Source: an uncultured Gemmataceae bacterium (GTDB taxonomy: Bacteria; Planctomycetota; Planctomycetia; Gemmatales; Gemmataceae). From it: DNA of 58,363 nt. The stretch covers positions 1-58,363 of the forward strand of contig CAVVPN010000006.1 in NCBI GenBank assembly GCA_963750165.1, given 5' to 3'. Positions 44,286-54,310 of the stretch are shown here, in pieces; position 1 is the first letter of the stretch; every line of letters starts with the position of its first letter. The notes under the pieces were generated by a model. It had not been told where the DNA came from and did not search any database. It saw only the letters and a list, made by a program, of their open reading frames with translations. Both the position numbers and the translations under genes were made by a program.

Positions 44286-45317
44286 ATGACTGCCACCGCG
44301 ACCGACATCGTCAACCGCCGCTATGACTTCGTCTTGCTGTTCGACGTCATCGACGGCAATCCGAACGGCGACCCCGATGCAGGGAACCTGCCGCGCCTTG
44401 ACCCGCAGTCGCTGCAAGGACTCGTCTCCGACGGGTGCCTGAAACGAAAGATCCGCAACGCCATCGCCGTCCTCGGCGCGGGACAACCGGGCACGGACCT
44501 GTACTTCCAGACGCAAGACGCCGTGTACGAGCGGCGCATCCTCAACCGCATCCACCAATCCGCGTGGGACGCGCTCGGGCTGAAGCCGGCCGAAGGGGAC
44601 GGTGCCTCGTCGGCGGACGAGCCGGAGGAAAACGCCGCGGGGAAAAAGGGGCGCAAGGCCAAGGCCCGGCCCGGTGACCGCGGGGACTACGACAGCGTCC
44701 GGAAGGCCCGCGAGTGGATGTGCAAAAACTTCTACGACGTGCGTGCTTTTGGCGCCGTGATGACGACGGGGGTCAACTGCGGCCAGGTCCGGGGGGCGAC
44801 CCAGTTCACGTTCGCCCGCTCGATCGACCCGATCGTGCCGATGGAACACGCGATCACGCGGAAGGCGGTGACGACGGAGCGGGAAGCGGCAGAGCAAATC
44901 AACAAGAAAGACGATGAGACCGGCAAGCGATTTGGCACCATCACGGGTACGATGGGCCGCAAGAACACGGTCCCCTACGCCCTGTTCCGCTGCTACGGAT
45001 TCGTCAATCCCTACCTGGCACGAGACACCGGCTTCACTTTCGGCGACCTGGAACTGCTGTGGCAGGCGCTGAAGGGGACGATGTGGGAGATCGACCGCTC
45101 CGCCAGCCGGGGCCTGATGGCGACGCGCGGCCTGTACGTCTTTGAACACGCCTCGATGCTCGGCGGCGCACCGACGCACGAACTGTTTGACCGAATCGAG
45201 GTGACGCCTCTGGGCGGCGAGGCGGCACCTCGGGCCTTCGGAGATTACAAAGGCCGCATCACCGTCCGCGATGGCAACCTGCCCGCGGGCGTAACCCTGA
45301 ACCGCTTGGTTGGATGA
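44286..45317 (+). CDS. cas7c: Type I-C Cas7 (Csd2)
   Basis: NRRYDFVLLFDV..GNPNGDPDAGNLPR, LKRKIRN, FYDVRAFGAV, GTMGRK. Confidence 0.96.
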   Translation: MTATATDIVNRRYDFVLLFDVIDGNPNGDPDAGNLPRLDPQSLQGLVSDGCLKRKIRNAIAVLGAGQPGTDLYFQTQDAVYERRILNRIHQSAWDALGLKPAEGDGASSADEPEENAAGKKGRKAKARPGDRGDYDSVRKAREWMCKNFYDVRAFGAVMTTGVNCGQVRGATQFTFARSIDPIVPMEHAITRKAVTTEREAAEQINKKDDETGKRFGTITGTMGRKNTVPYALFRCYGFVNPYLARDTGFTFGDLELLWQALKGTMWEIDRSASRGLMATRGLYVFEHASMLGGAPTHELFDRIEVTPLGGEAAPRAFGDYKGRITVRDGNLPAGVTLNRLVG

Positions 45318-45320
45318 ACC

Positions 45321-45989
45321 ATGATCACCTCCTTGACGGTCCACACCCCGCCTGATGGCGACGACTACCCGCCGCTGTCGGCCCTCAACGACTTCCTGTT
45401 CTGCCCGCGGCGGTGCTATTTGCACCGCGTCGAGGGCCTGTGGGCGGAGAACGTCCACACCGTCTCCGGCTCCCTCGCCCACCAGCGCGTCCATGCCCCG
45501 CGCGACGCCGACGAGTCCCCGTTCCGCACCGCCCGCGGCCTGCGCCTGGTCAGTCACCGCCTCAAGGTCGCTGGCGTCGCCGACCTGGTCGAGTTCCGCC
45601 CCGACCCGGCGGGCGGCCCCGACGTGCCCTTCCCCGTCGAGTACAAGCGCGGCCGTCGCCGCCGCTGGGACAACGACGAGGTGCAGGTCTGCGCCCAGGC
45701 CATCTGCCTGGAGGAGATGCTGGGCGTGGCCGTCCCCGCCGGGGCCGTCTTCAGCGTCAAATCCAAACGCCGCCGGGCGGTGGCGTTTGACGCGGCGCTG
45801 CGCCGACAAACCGAGGACGCCGCCGCCCGGCTCCACCAACTCCTGGCCTCTGGGACGACCCCGCCCCCGGTGGTCCACCCGAAGTGTCGCCAGTGTTCGG
45901 TCAACCCCCTCTGCCTCCCCGACCTGGTATCTGCTCAGGCCCGCTACCAGAGGGCCGCGCACGACCTGTTCCGTCAACCCAACTCCTGA
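45321..45989 (+). CDS. cas4: Cas4
   Basis: LSALNDFLFCPRR, GVADLVE, PVEYKRG, QVCAQAICLEEM, C-terminal CRQCS...C. Confidence 0.95.
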   Translation: MITSLTVHTPPDGDDYPPLSALNDFLFCPRRCYLHRVEGLWAENVHTVSGSLAHQRVHAPRDADESPFRTARGLRLVSHRLKVAGVADLVEFRPDPAGGPDVPFPVEYKRGRRRRWDNDEVQVCAQAICLEEMLGVAVPAGAVFSVKSKRRRAVAFDAALRRQTEDAAARLHQLLASGTTPPPVVHPKCRQCSVNPLCLPDLVSAQARYQRAAHDLFRQPNS

Positions 45990-46001
45990 GGAACCCTCCC
46001 G

Positions 46002-47036
46002 GTGGACGTGCAACTCAACACCCTGTACGTAGTCACGCGCGGGTCCACGCTGCGCCGCGACCACCTCACCGTGAAGGTCGAGGTGGAGCGCCAGACCCGC
46101 CTGTCCGTCCCCATCCACCAGCTGGAGTCCGTGGCCGTTTTCGGCGGCGTCCACGTCACCCCGGCGGTCATGGCCCTGTGCGCCGAGCGCGGCGTGGCCG
46201 TCACCTTCCTGTCCGAGTCCGGCCGGCTGCTGTGCCGGGTGGACGCCCCGTTCTCCGGCAACGTCATGGTGCGCCGCGAGCAGTACCGCCGCGCCGACCA
46301 GCCTGAGCGCCGCGCCGACATCGCCCGGTGTGTGGTCGCCGGCAAGGTCCATAACGCCCGCAACTTGCTGCTGCGGGCCGGCCGCGAGACGGAAGTCGCC
46401 GCCGACCAGGTGGTGATCACCGCCGCGGTCAACCGCTTGGCGGACGCCCTGCCGGCGCTGGGCCGAGCTGCCGACGTGGACTCCGTCCGCGGTCATGAGG
46501 GAGACGCCGCCCGCGTCTACTTCGAGACCTTCCCGGCTTTGGTGCGGCAGAACCGGGAGGCCTTTCGCCCCCACGGCCGCACGCGCAGGCCCCCGCTCGA
46601 CCCCATGAACGCCTTGCTCTCGTTCACCTACGGCTTGCTGCTGACGGACTGCGCCGCGGCCGCGGCGGCGGCCGGTCTGGACCCCAGCGTCGGCTTCCTG
46701 CATGTGGACCGGCCGGGCCGCCCCGGCTTGGCCCTGGACCTGATGGAGGAGTTCCGGCCCTTGCTGGCGGATCGGCTCGCCCTGGCGCTGGTGAACCGGC
46801 AACAGGTAAAGCCAGCCGGGTTCGTGACGCGCGAGGGCGGCGGGGTGTACCTGGACGAGGCCACGCGCCGCGTGATTCTGGCGGCCTACCAGCAGCGCAA
46901 GCGCGAGGAGGTGACGCACCCGTTGCTGGAGCAGAAGGCGCCGGTCGGCAGGCTGCCGTTCCTGCAGGCGCGGGTGCTGGCCCGTTACTTGCGCGGCGAC
47001 CTGCCGAGTTACGTCCCGTGCGTGTTAAAGAACTGA
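46002..47036 (+). CDS. cas1: Type I-C Cas1
   Basis: LNTLYV, RGHEGDAARVYF, RRPPLDPMNALLSF, GFLH, LALDLMEEFRP. Confidence 0.97.
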   Translation: MDVQLNTLYVVTRGSTLRRDHLTVKVEVERQTRLSVPIHQLESVAVFGGVHVTPAVMALCAERGVAVTFLSESGRLLCRVDAPFSGNVMVRREQYRRADQPERRADIARCVVAGKVHNARNLLLRAGRETEVAADQVVITAAVNRLADALPALGRAADVDSVRGHEGDAARVYFETFPALVRQNREAFRPHGRTRRPPLDPMNALLSFTYGLLLTDCAAAAAAAGLDPSVGFLHVDRPGRPGLALDLMEEFRPLLADRLALALVNRQQVKPAGFVTREGGGVYLDEATRRVILAAYQQRKREEVTHPLLEQKAPVGRLPFLQARVLARYLRGDLPSYVPCVLKN

Positions 47037-47060
47037 GCGGGTTTCACCGATGAGGGAGCC

Positions 47061-47345
47061 ATGAAAGTGTTGATCGCCTACGATGTCAGCACCACGGACT
47101 CCGCCGGGGAACGGCGGCTGCGGCGGGTGGCGCGGGCCTGCCAGGATTACGGCCAACGGGTGCAGAAGTCGGTTTTCGAGTGTGCGATCGGCCCGGCGGA
47201 GTGGGTGCAGTTGCGCGGCCGCCTGTTGGCGGAGATCGACCAGGCCCGGGACTCGTTGCGCTTTTACTTTCTGAGTGCGGACGTGCGGACGGAACACCAC
47301 GGCGCTGGCCTCCCCGTCGATCTCGAAGGCCCGCTTGTGGTGTGA
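47061..47345 (+). CDS. cas2: Cas2
   Basis: VLIAYDV, RRLRRVA, GQRVQKSVFEC, DSLRFY. Confidence 0.97.
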   Translation: MKVLIAYDVSTTDSAGERRLRRVARACQDYGQRVQKSVFECAIGPAEWVQLRGRLLAEIDQARDSLRFYFLSADVRTEHHGAGLPVDLEGPLVV

Positions 47346-47534
47346 AGCGTAGCCATCGCGAACCTGGAGTGCTGGCGTCAGGCCAGGCAGGTCCGCGAAA
47401 GACGGAAGTGTTTAACGTGCAGAGGATTTTGTGGTGACCGAGGACTGGAAGCGTGGTAACACCTCTTCCACTTTGAGGGGTTCGCGACTGATCCCCTCAA
47501 ACTACTGGCCATTTCACCACTTGCAAGGACTGCA
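47346..47534 (+). promoter_or_regulatory. CRISPR leader
   Basis: AT-richer non-coding gap between cas2 and the first repeat; TCGCGAACC ... GGTTCGCGA inverted motifs. Confidence 0.75.
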
Positions 47535-48199
47535 GTTTCCCCTGGCCGCCGGGCCAGGGGCGGATTGAAACCAGCGTGCTCGTGCGCGACCCGGACAAGC
47601 AGGCCGGTTTCCCCTGGCCGCCGGGCCAGGGGCGGATTGAAACACCTTCACGCCCAGGGGCCCGCTGCACTGGACCTAGTTTCCCCTGGCCGCCGGGCCA
47701 GGGGCGGATTGAAACACGCAGGCCCACGAGGCGCTCGCCGCCCACCACGGGTTTCCCCTGGCCGCCGGGCCAGGGGCGGATTGAAACTCGACCGTCTTGC
47801 GGTCCACGTGGACGCCCCAGTGTTTCCCCTGGCCGCCGGGCCAGGGGCGGATTGAAACGAGTCGCAGGCGCTGGGCCTGGTCAACGCCCACGGGTTTCCC
47901 CTGGCCGCCGGGCCAGGGGCGGATTGAAACTGGAAGGGGAAGGTGGGCGTATCGCGGGCTAGCCGTTTCCCCTGGCCGCCGGGCCAGGGGCGGATTGAAA
48001 CCGCTTGGCGTCGATGCGTCCACCAGGGCCGGCGCCGTTTCCCCTGGCCGCCGGGCCGGGGGCGGATTGAAACTTTGCTGCGGCCCGCGTAGACAGTTTG
48101 CGGGGCTGATTTCCCCTGGCCGTGCGGCCGGGGGCGGATGGAAACAGATCGCTGCGGCCGGGAACGAAATCCCCAGCGACCGTTTCCCCTGGCCGTGCG
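47535..48199 (+). CRISPR. Type I-C array: 9 full 37-bp repeats, 1 partial repeat, 9 spacers of 34-36 nt
   Basis: GTTTCCCCTGGCCGCCGGGCCAGGGGCGGATTGAAAC at 47535, 47607, 47679, 47751, 47822, 47894, 47965; degenerate at 48037 and 48109; 18-nt partial at 48182. Confidence 0.98.
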
Positions 48200-48783
48200 C
48201 GTGCCGAACCCTTCGGCCGGCTCGTGCGTGGCGCCCAGCTTCTTGCCGGTGAGTCCTAGGTGGCCTTTGGTGACGCGGCCGCCCTCGACAAAGACGTGGG
48301 AGCCGCCGTGCTTCTGGCCGTCCTCACTAGTTTGGGCGCCGATGGTGATCCAGTGGCCCTCGGCGCGGCGAGCGTACTGGACGGTCGAGCGCGGCCGGGG
48401 CCGGCGAGCAAGTCGAGGTGATCGGGCCGGGTGGCCGCCCGGCTGTAGTGCAGCGTGCCACGTTCGGGTCCTTCAAGCAAAGGCAAGTTGGCGGCCGAGG
48501 TCGTAAACAATCTCCGACACGTCCTGGTTAGTGTGCCCCAGCTGCACCCTCGGCCTGTTGCTCAGAATCTTCGGCCCGCCCAATTACCCCGCTGCTGGCC
48601 CTGTCACCGTGGCCTGAATCGGTGACAGAAAGTGCCACGTTCCCCGTACCCCCGGCCGGCCGAACACCTGGGCCTCCAGAGCTGCAAGGCGCCGGCGGAA
48701 GTCGCGTTCGATGGCCGCGGAGATGAGCCGCAGTACCATCGCATCGATGTGAACCTGGGCCATCTCGTCTTGCGGCCATGCGA

Positions 48784-48990
48784 TCATGATGCACCTTGGG
48801 TCTTGACCGGGGCGATTGGTTTTGGACGCAGGCGAGCCAGCTTCGCCTTCTGCGTCAGCAGGAACGCGGCGGCTTGGCGGCGATCCCGTGGCAGTAAAGA
48901 TTCGTCGCGGACCTGTTCGACGAGCAGGTCAATGGCCTCTTGGAGCACCGCGTCCGAGAAAAGTTCGCGTAGATCGATGGGCATGGGCAT
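48784..48990 (-). CDS. Hypothetical protein (68 aa)
   Basis: AAGGA RBS, ATGA coupling with the next ORF (48584-48787). Confidence 0.45.
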   Translation of the reverse strand: MPMPIDLRELFSDAVLQEAIDLLVEQVRDESLLPRDRRQAAAFLLTQKAKLARLRPKPIAPVKTQGAS

Positions 48991-49007
48991 GATCCTTGGG
49001 TGGATGG

Positions 49008-49436
49008 TCAGGAGGGTCCGCGGCCCATTTCGATTGCCTTCAGGTCCGCCTCGATGCGATTTAAGCGCTCCTCGAAGTCGGCGATCTTGATGAATTCCGC
49101 GGCCCGTTCCAGCACAGTCCGGGCCGCCCCGAGCTTGATGCTGCTATTCGAGTCGCTAAGCAACTGGTTCAGGACGGCCGCCGCCTGGGTCGCGGTCTGC
49201 GCCAGCTTCCCGGTGGTTTCGGTGATGAGCGCCGCGCGTAGTTCGTGGACGAGTTCTCTGAAGGCGGCCGAGCGGCGCCATCGCCATGCGGTGGCGGAAC
49301 CGATACCGCACTTCTTTGCGGCAATCTCGTTAGAATCGCCACAAGCGATCAGCAGGGCCAAGCGGCCCTGCTTCGATGCGAACACCCCATCGGGAGTGTC
49401 GCTGTCGTCGGCATCGTGTTGGTTGTCCTCAGTCAT
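49008..49436 (-). CDS. HTH protein resembling phage small-terminase-like (phBC6A51-type) proteins
   Basis: AAKKCGIGSATAWRWRRSAAF...AAAVLNQLL...KLGAARTVLE. Confidence 0.55.
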   Translation of the reverse strand: MTEDNQHDADDSDTPDGVFASKQGRLALLIACGDSNEIAAKKCGIGSATAWRWRRSAAFRELVHELRAALITETTGKLAQTATQAAAVLNQLLSDSNSSIKLGAARTVLERAAEFIKIADFEERLNRIEADLKAIEMGRGPS

Positions 49437-49669
49437 TGCCGGGCCGCCGCTGTATCACTTTTGAATCACCGACCCCATGACCTGAGTGAAGCAAAAAGAG
49501 CCGTTCGGGGGACAATATATCCATGCCGATGCTGAAAGATTCTCAATGATTGACGGACAAGGTAGCGGCGTATGTGATACATCCGGCATGTTGGCGGTGA
49601 AAATTCGGTATCTCAGGCTGCATGCTGAACGGCAGCCAGAAATCGACGAAGGGTCCGGGGGACAGGCGG

Positions 49670-49882
49670 TCATGCGCTGAGCCGTGCTTCGGTCGGTTCT
49701 AGGTAGGCGGTCGCCGATGGTGTGGGTGGTCCTGGCGGCGGCACCTCATCCACGGTGACACACCGCAGCCCGAAGCCGCGCAGGGCCGTCTTGAGAAACC
49801 GCCGCAGCCGCACGACGCCGGGCACGGTATCGGGCAGCGGGCGCAGGATGACGTGGTAATCGCCTGGCTGCTGCATGCTCAC
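49670..49882 (-). CDS. Small hypothetical element protein
   Basis: GGAGG RBS; LRPLP...RLRRFLKTALRGFGLRC. Confidence 0.55.
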   Translation of the reverse strand: MSMQQPGDYHVILRPLPDTVPGVVRLRRFLKTALRGFGLRCVTVDEVPPPGPPTPSATAYLEPTEARLSA

Positions 49883-50053
49883 CTCCGGGCACTGCCGAGC
49901 CGGCGCAGCGAGCGCTGGCCAGTTCGCTCGAACGGGCCGGCGTGCAGCTGGTGGTTGTCGTGTAGCATGGCCTCGAACACCGTATCGCTGCCGTGGTCGT
50001 CGTCGCGGGCGTTCGCCCCTGGGGCGGTCGGGGCATCGGGGCCGTCGTCGGGA

Positions 50054-50314
50054 TCAGGAAGCAGCGCCATCTTGGTCAAGCAGCACACACGGTTCGCCGT
50101 CTTTCCAAGACTCCATGACGGCAGCGGTCGCGAGCTTCTCATTGGCGGCACCGAGCAGGGCGCTCATGCGTGCCCCGCTGCGAATGCCGATCTGACGCCG
50201 TCCCCGCAGACACGCCGCAATCTCATTCAGGTTCTGACGGCACTGCCTGATTTGCGCTTCGAGACACGCACGCATGATTGCCTCCCGGTTTTCCAAATGG
50301 TCAGGTACTGACAT
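50054..50314 (-). CDS. Hypothetical protein (86 aa)
   Basis: ATG ORF co-oriented in the element operon. Confidence 0.4.
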   Translation of the reverse strand: MSVPDHLENREAIMRACLEAQIRQCRQNLNEIAACLRGRRQIGIRSGARMSALLGAANEKLATAAVMESWKDGEPCVLLDQDGAAS

Positions 50315-50343
50315 CGATCCGAAGGGTCTCTTGCATCCTCCCG

Positions 50344-50457
50344 AACATCATCATCGTGCTGGGCGGGTCTCTCTTTAGAGAGAGAGACCCGCCGCATGAT
50401 GATGTTGACATCGGGAACATTGATCCGCCCAATGTTCCCGCCCAGTGTTCCCGATGT
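50344..50457. repeat. Nested inverted repeats downstream of the replication gene (candidate ori or terminator)
   Basis: AACATCATCAT/ATGATGATGTT enclosing GGCGGGTCTCTCT/AGAGAGACCCGCC; ACATCGGGAACA/TGTTCCCGATGT. Confidence 0.7.
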
Positions 50458-53255
50458 TCACTCCGGCGTCAGCCGGACGGCATCGGTGTTCGGTTCCTCG
50501 CTTGTGTCGCCTGGGGATTCGTCGCTGTGAATGCAGTGAGTACGGTGAGTACGGGGGGCCTCGTTTTTGTGCGCGGCCAGAGCCAGGGGGTTGACCTCAT
50601 AATCCGGGCTCTTGTGGCCTCTGCCGGTCTTGCCGGGTTCACCGTCGGTTGGCCGCAAATACTTCTCCCGCACGAGGATGTTCAGGATGGAATCCAGCTG
50701 GTCGGCGCTGGGGAACGCGCACCGGTTGGCCTGGTGGATGTTGCGCCGTGAAAAACGAGGGGGGGCGCTCTCACTGTACTCACTGTTCTCACTCTTCTCA
50801 CATAACCGGCAGATGCTCAGCCACACCTTGCGGGCTTTCTCCATCTGCTCATCGGCCCCCATGACGCCGAACGCGGCCGAAGCGTGCGGCAGCAGGTAGT
50901 CACGGCCGATCCGTGCGGCGGCGCTCACCGCACGGTCGCTGACCGTGGTTTCCACGTTGGCGCCCCTGCCGATGGCCTCGGCAACGTGCAGCACGCCGGC
51001 GATCCGGGCGACGGCGCCGGCCAGCTTGTTCGCCCAGCCGGCCAGATGGAACAGTTGCTCACCCTCGGCCAACTGCGGCTCCAGCCAGCGCTCCAGGGAC
51101 AGAATGTGTTCGTTCCCGACGCTGCCAAGCCGCAGGGTGACCTCGCTGTTGTCCGCGCGCGGCGTCAGCATCCACAGCCGCAGCATGTTGTCCTGGTACG
51201 CGGTGCGCACCTCCGGCTGCACCGCTGCCGCCCCGGGCCTGCGCCGGCCCACGGTGCTCTGCGGCACCGCGTACAGCCAGCGGGCCAGGAAGCCGCGGCC
51301 GCGCATGCTGGCCTGCTCCGCCAGGCCGACGATCACGTCCGGCTGCACCGCCAGGGCGGCCGACAGCGCCGGGCGGTCTACCTCGTCCTGGTCCCGGCCG
51401 ACGCGGCCGACGCGTAGCGGGTCGCCGGCGTGTCCCTTCAGGTAAACGTCAAAGTTGGCCGTCTCGGAGTAGCGGCCCTTGGCGATCTCGAACGCCGTGC
51501 CCTCAGCGCTGGCCTGGAGCATGCGGCCGCCCTGCTGGGCCAGCAGCTGCCCCAGGCGTTCCGGCGTCACATCGTCGCAGTACAATTGCGGTGCGAACGG
51601 CACGCGGCACTCGTCCAGCTCCTTCGCCAGCGCCGCGCCCTCTTCCTTGAGGAGTGCCCGCGCCGCCAGGTCGTCCTCCCTCGCGGCCTTCTTCTCGACG
51701 TTCTTCAGCCGCTCTTCGAGGACGCGCCGCTCGCTCGCCTTGGCGGCGATGACGGGCGCCAGCTGGATCCGTTCGCTGGCCTCGTGTGCCTGGACGGGGG
51801 CGATAATCTCGGCGAAGACGGCGCTCTTGCGGTCGCCCGGCGGCAACGCCACCACAGCGAACAGGTTGACCGGCTCGGTCCAACCGTCGCGGACCTGGAC
51901 GCGGTAGCGGCGGGCCAGTGCGGCGGCGGCCACGGCGAGCACCAGCATGACCACCAGGTCAACCGGCGTCTGCGTAGCCTCGGCAAGTTGCCGGCAGAAG
52001 TCACCCATCCATTTGGGCAGCAGGTCCACGGGGAACGGCGGGACGGCCGCGGTTGCGGTGAGCGGGATGGGCAGTTCCCACGACACGCCGCCGGTCTCGT
52101 TCACGCCCGCCGGCGAGTTTCCCGCCCTGGCCGTTGGCAGGCCGTTGCGTTCCGGGGGAGGCTCGTCGCGCAGCCAACCCCGCGGCTTGCCGAAGGGCTT
52201 GGTGTCGGCGTCGCGGCACTTGTGCCGCAGGTCGCCCTCCGACCAGGGCGGTTGACAGCGTGGGTTGAAATTCTCCCGGAGGATTTGGAAGCCGAGCTCT
52301 TCACCGAGGTCGAAGCCGTAGCAGGCGACCCGCGCCGGCCAGTACGTGTCATCGTGTCCGCCCTGCTCGGAGACGGCCGGGTCGCACGTCGCCAGGTAGG
52401 CGATGGCGCGGCGGATAACGGCGGCCTGGTCCGGCGGCGCGATGGGCGACGGCCCTGCGTCGCCAACCCGGGGCATCCTGCAGCCGCACGCTAAGGCCAG
52501 TCGGCCGGTAGCGTCCCACAGTTCTTGAAACGGCGCCACGGTCGGCTCTCCGGGCTTACCGCCGACCCACGTGCGCAGCTCGCCGCTGGGGTGGAGGGAG
52601 GGGGCGCCACGACCTGGCCGCCGGTGCCGATGAAGTCGAGCACGCCGGCCTTTGTCGTGGCGTGCCTGAAGTGCTTGAGGAACGGCCCGGCGTGGCCTTT
52701 CGCCTGGAGCGCGGCCGGGGCGGCCTGCCCGGCCCGGCTCACCGCCCAGTGGGGGATCGACTCGACCGGCACGAGGTAGTAGCGGTGCGACCGCGGTTTG
52801 CCGGCGCGGCCTTCCTCCATGCCGGTCGCCGGCAGGAAGTGGTCGGCCTGCGCGACCGCTTCCGGCGCATCCAGGTCGATGATGACCAGGGCGTGGCCGG
52901 GCCGGTTGCCGTCAGACAGAGACCCGCCCAGGATGCCGAGCAGGTCGCCGGGCTGGAAGTCTTCCGGCGCCAGCGACCGCGCTGGCCAGCTCCTGTGCGT
53001 CGGCTTTTTCTTGCCCGGGTCCGGCCTGCAGAGGGCAAAGCCGCGGTCGATCAGATGACGTGCGGCGGCCCGGATTTTCGGCGACGCGGTGTGTTTGTCG
53101 GTGGCGGTTGTGGTGGGGCCGGTTTTACCGCCGGCGTTGTAGGCGGTCCGGTTTTTTCCGCCCGATTTACGGGCGACGGCCGCACCCGTATCTGCGGTTT
53201 CTGGTAGAGTCACGGGAGAAACCTCTTTTCGGCGCCGGTCTCGGGAAAGTTGCAT
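50458..53255 (-). CDS. Prim-Pol primase fused to a DUF3987 (YfjI-like) domain; frameshift near 52600; start uncertain
   Basis: KKKP..W, VIIDLD, SHRYY, GGQVVAPPS; CQPPWS...HK; FPVDLLP, NLF...PPGDRKS, DDVTPE, RGFLARWL. Confidence 0.8.
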
Positions 53256-53306
53256 CCTCCCGAGACCGGCGTTTTTCGTTGCTGGTCTCCTACCGCCCGG
53301 GTCCGC

Positions 53307-53507
53307 TCAGCCCTGCACCTGCTGCCGCTTGTGCAGTTCCACGTCCTCCCGCCGCCACCGCGTACACCGCCGGCCAATCTTCAGCGGGGCCGGGAACTTC
53401 CCCTTGGCGGCCCAGTCGCGCAGGGTCTTGGTGCTGATGTCCAACTCGGAGGAAACTTGTTCGATGGTCATCAGATTTTCCAGTCCGGGAATCGTGGTCG
53501 TACTCAT
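53307..53507 (-). CDS. AlpA-like HTH regulator
   Basis: LMTIEQV...ISTKTLRDW...GKFPAPLKIG...RWRREDV; GAGGA RBS. Confidence 0.85.
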   Translation of the reverse strand: MSTTTIPGLENLMTIEQVSSELDISTKTLRDWAAKGKFPAPLKIGRRCTRWRREDVELHKRQQVQG

Positions 53508-53551
53508 CGGGGCCGTCCTCTCTGTGGTTGGTGAATGGGCCGTGTGCTCAT

Positions 53552-54307
53552 TTAGCCATAAGGCCGCGTTCCGGGGTTAGGTACATGGTGCAACGGCTGG
53601 CCGTCCGGGGGACATGCCGTTCTGGCGTTCGCCGGAACGCTCCGGGCAGACACCCAGGCTGCAGTCCGCCTTAAACCCGCCGCACGACCTGGCGGGCCGC
53701 CTGCGAACGCTGGCGTGCTAGCAGCCGGCCGGTGGGGTCGCGAGCCGGTCGGCCATGAACTTCTCACGGGCGATGATGCTGGCGGCGTTCCAGGCCGCCA
53801 CCAATTCCGGGTAGCCCTCGGGGGAACCCCCGAGGGCTGCGGTTCGGGTTGCTCGGTGCGGGCCAGGTCGCGACGGATCTGCTCCTTGCTCACGCCAAGC
53901 GTCGTGCCGATCTCCTGCAAGCTCTTGCCTTCGGCGCGCAGCCGGGCGGTTTCAGCACGGCGCTGCCAGCGCTGCGCGGCAGTGATGACGGGCTGTGCGG
54001 CGGGATACTCCTTGCCGTCCTTGCCGGTGATAGCGTCACCTGCGTCATCGAATGACGCAGGTGACGCTACTTGCAAATCACGTCGCACGGTTGTTTCACT
54101 CACCCCGAGGTCGTCGCTGATCTGCCGCGTGCTCTTGCCTTCCTGGCGCAACTCTGCCGCGTTCCGTCTCCTGGTCACGAGCTCCTCGCGCTGCACCGGC
54201 GTCAGGTGCCGGGTAGGTCTTGCCGTCAGTGCCGACGGTAGTAGAACCTGAACACTCTGGCTGTGGTCACGGCCCAGGTGGCGGGGTCGCCCGCCGAATT
54301 CCACCAT
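53552..54307 (-). CDS. Double-HTH protein resembling ParB-like C-terminal regions; boundaries uncertain
   Basis: RHLTPVQREE, GKSTRQISDDLGVSETTVRRDL, GKDGKEYPA, second HTH GKSLQEIGTTLGVSKEQIRRDL. Confidence 0.6.
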   Translation of the reverse strand: MVEFGGRPRHLGRDHSQSVQVLLPSALTARPTRHLTPVQREELVTRRRNAAELRQEGKSTRQISDDLGVSETTVRRDLQVASPASFDDAGDAITGKDGKEYPAAQPVITAAQRWQRRAETARLRAEGKSLQEIGTTLGVSKEQIRRDLARTEQPEPQPSGVPPRATRNWWRPGTPPASSPVRSSWPTGSRPHRPAASTPAFAGGPPGRAAGLRRTAAWVSARSVPANARTACPPDGQPLHHVPNPGTRPYG

Positions 54308-54310
54308 GTC

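Noticed and set aside
44169..46919. 916-aa minus-strand ORF
   Set aside because: Antisense to cas7, cas4 and cas1
47572..47606. Spacer 1 targeting the IS701-like transposase (GTGCGCGACCCGGAC near 4545-4559)
   Set aside because: Only a 15-nt GC-rich match with mismatched flanks; no convincing protospacer for any spacer seen by eye in the window
48182..48210. Site-specific integration of the element into the CRISPR repeat as attB
   Set aside because: An ORF runs into the junction and no att duplication is visible; deletion is more parsimonious, though the far end of the element is outside the window
47497..48252. ORFs across the CRISPR array
   Set aside because: Translations of repeats and spacers
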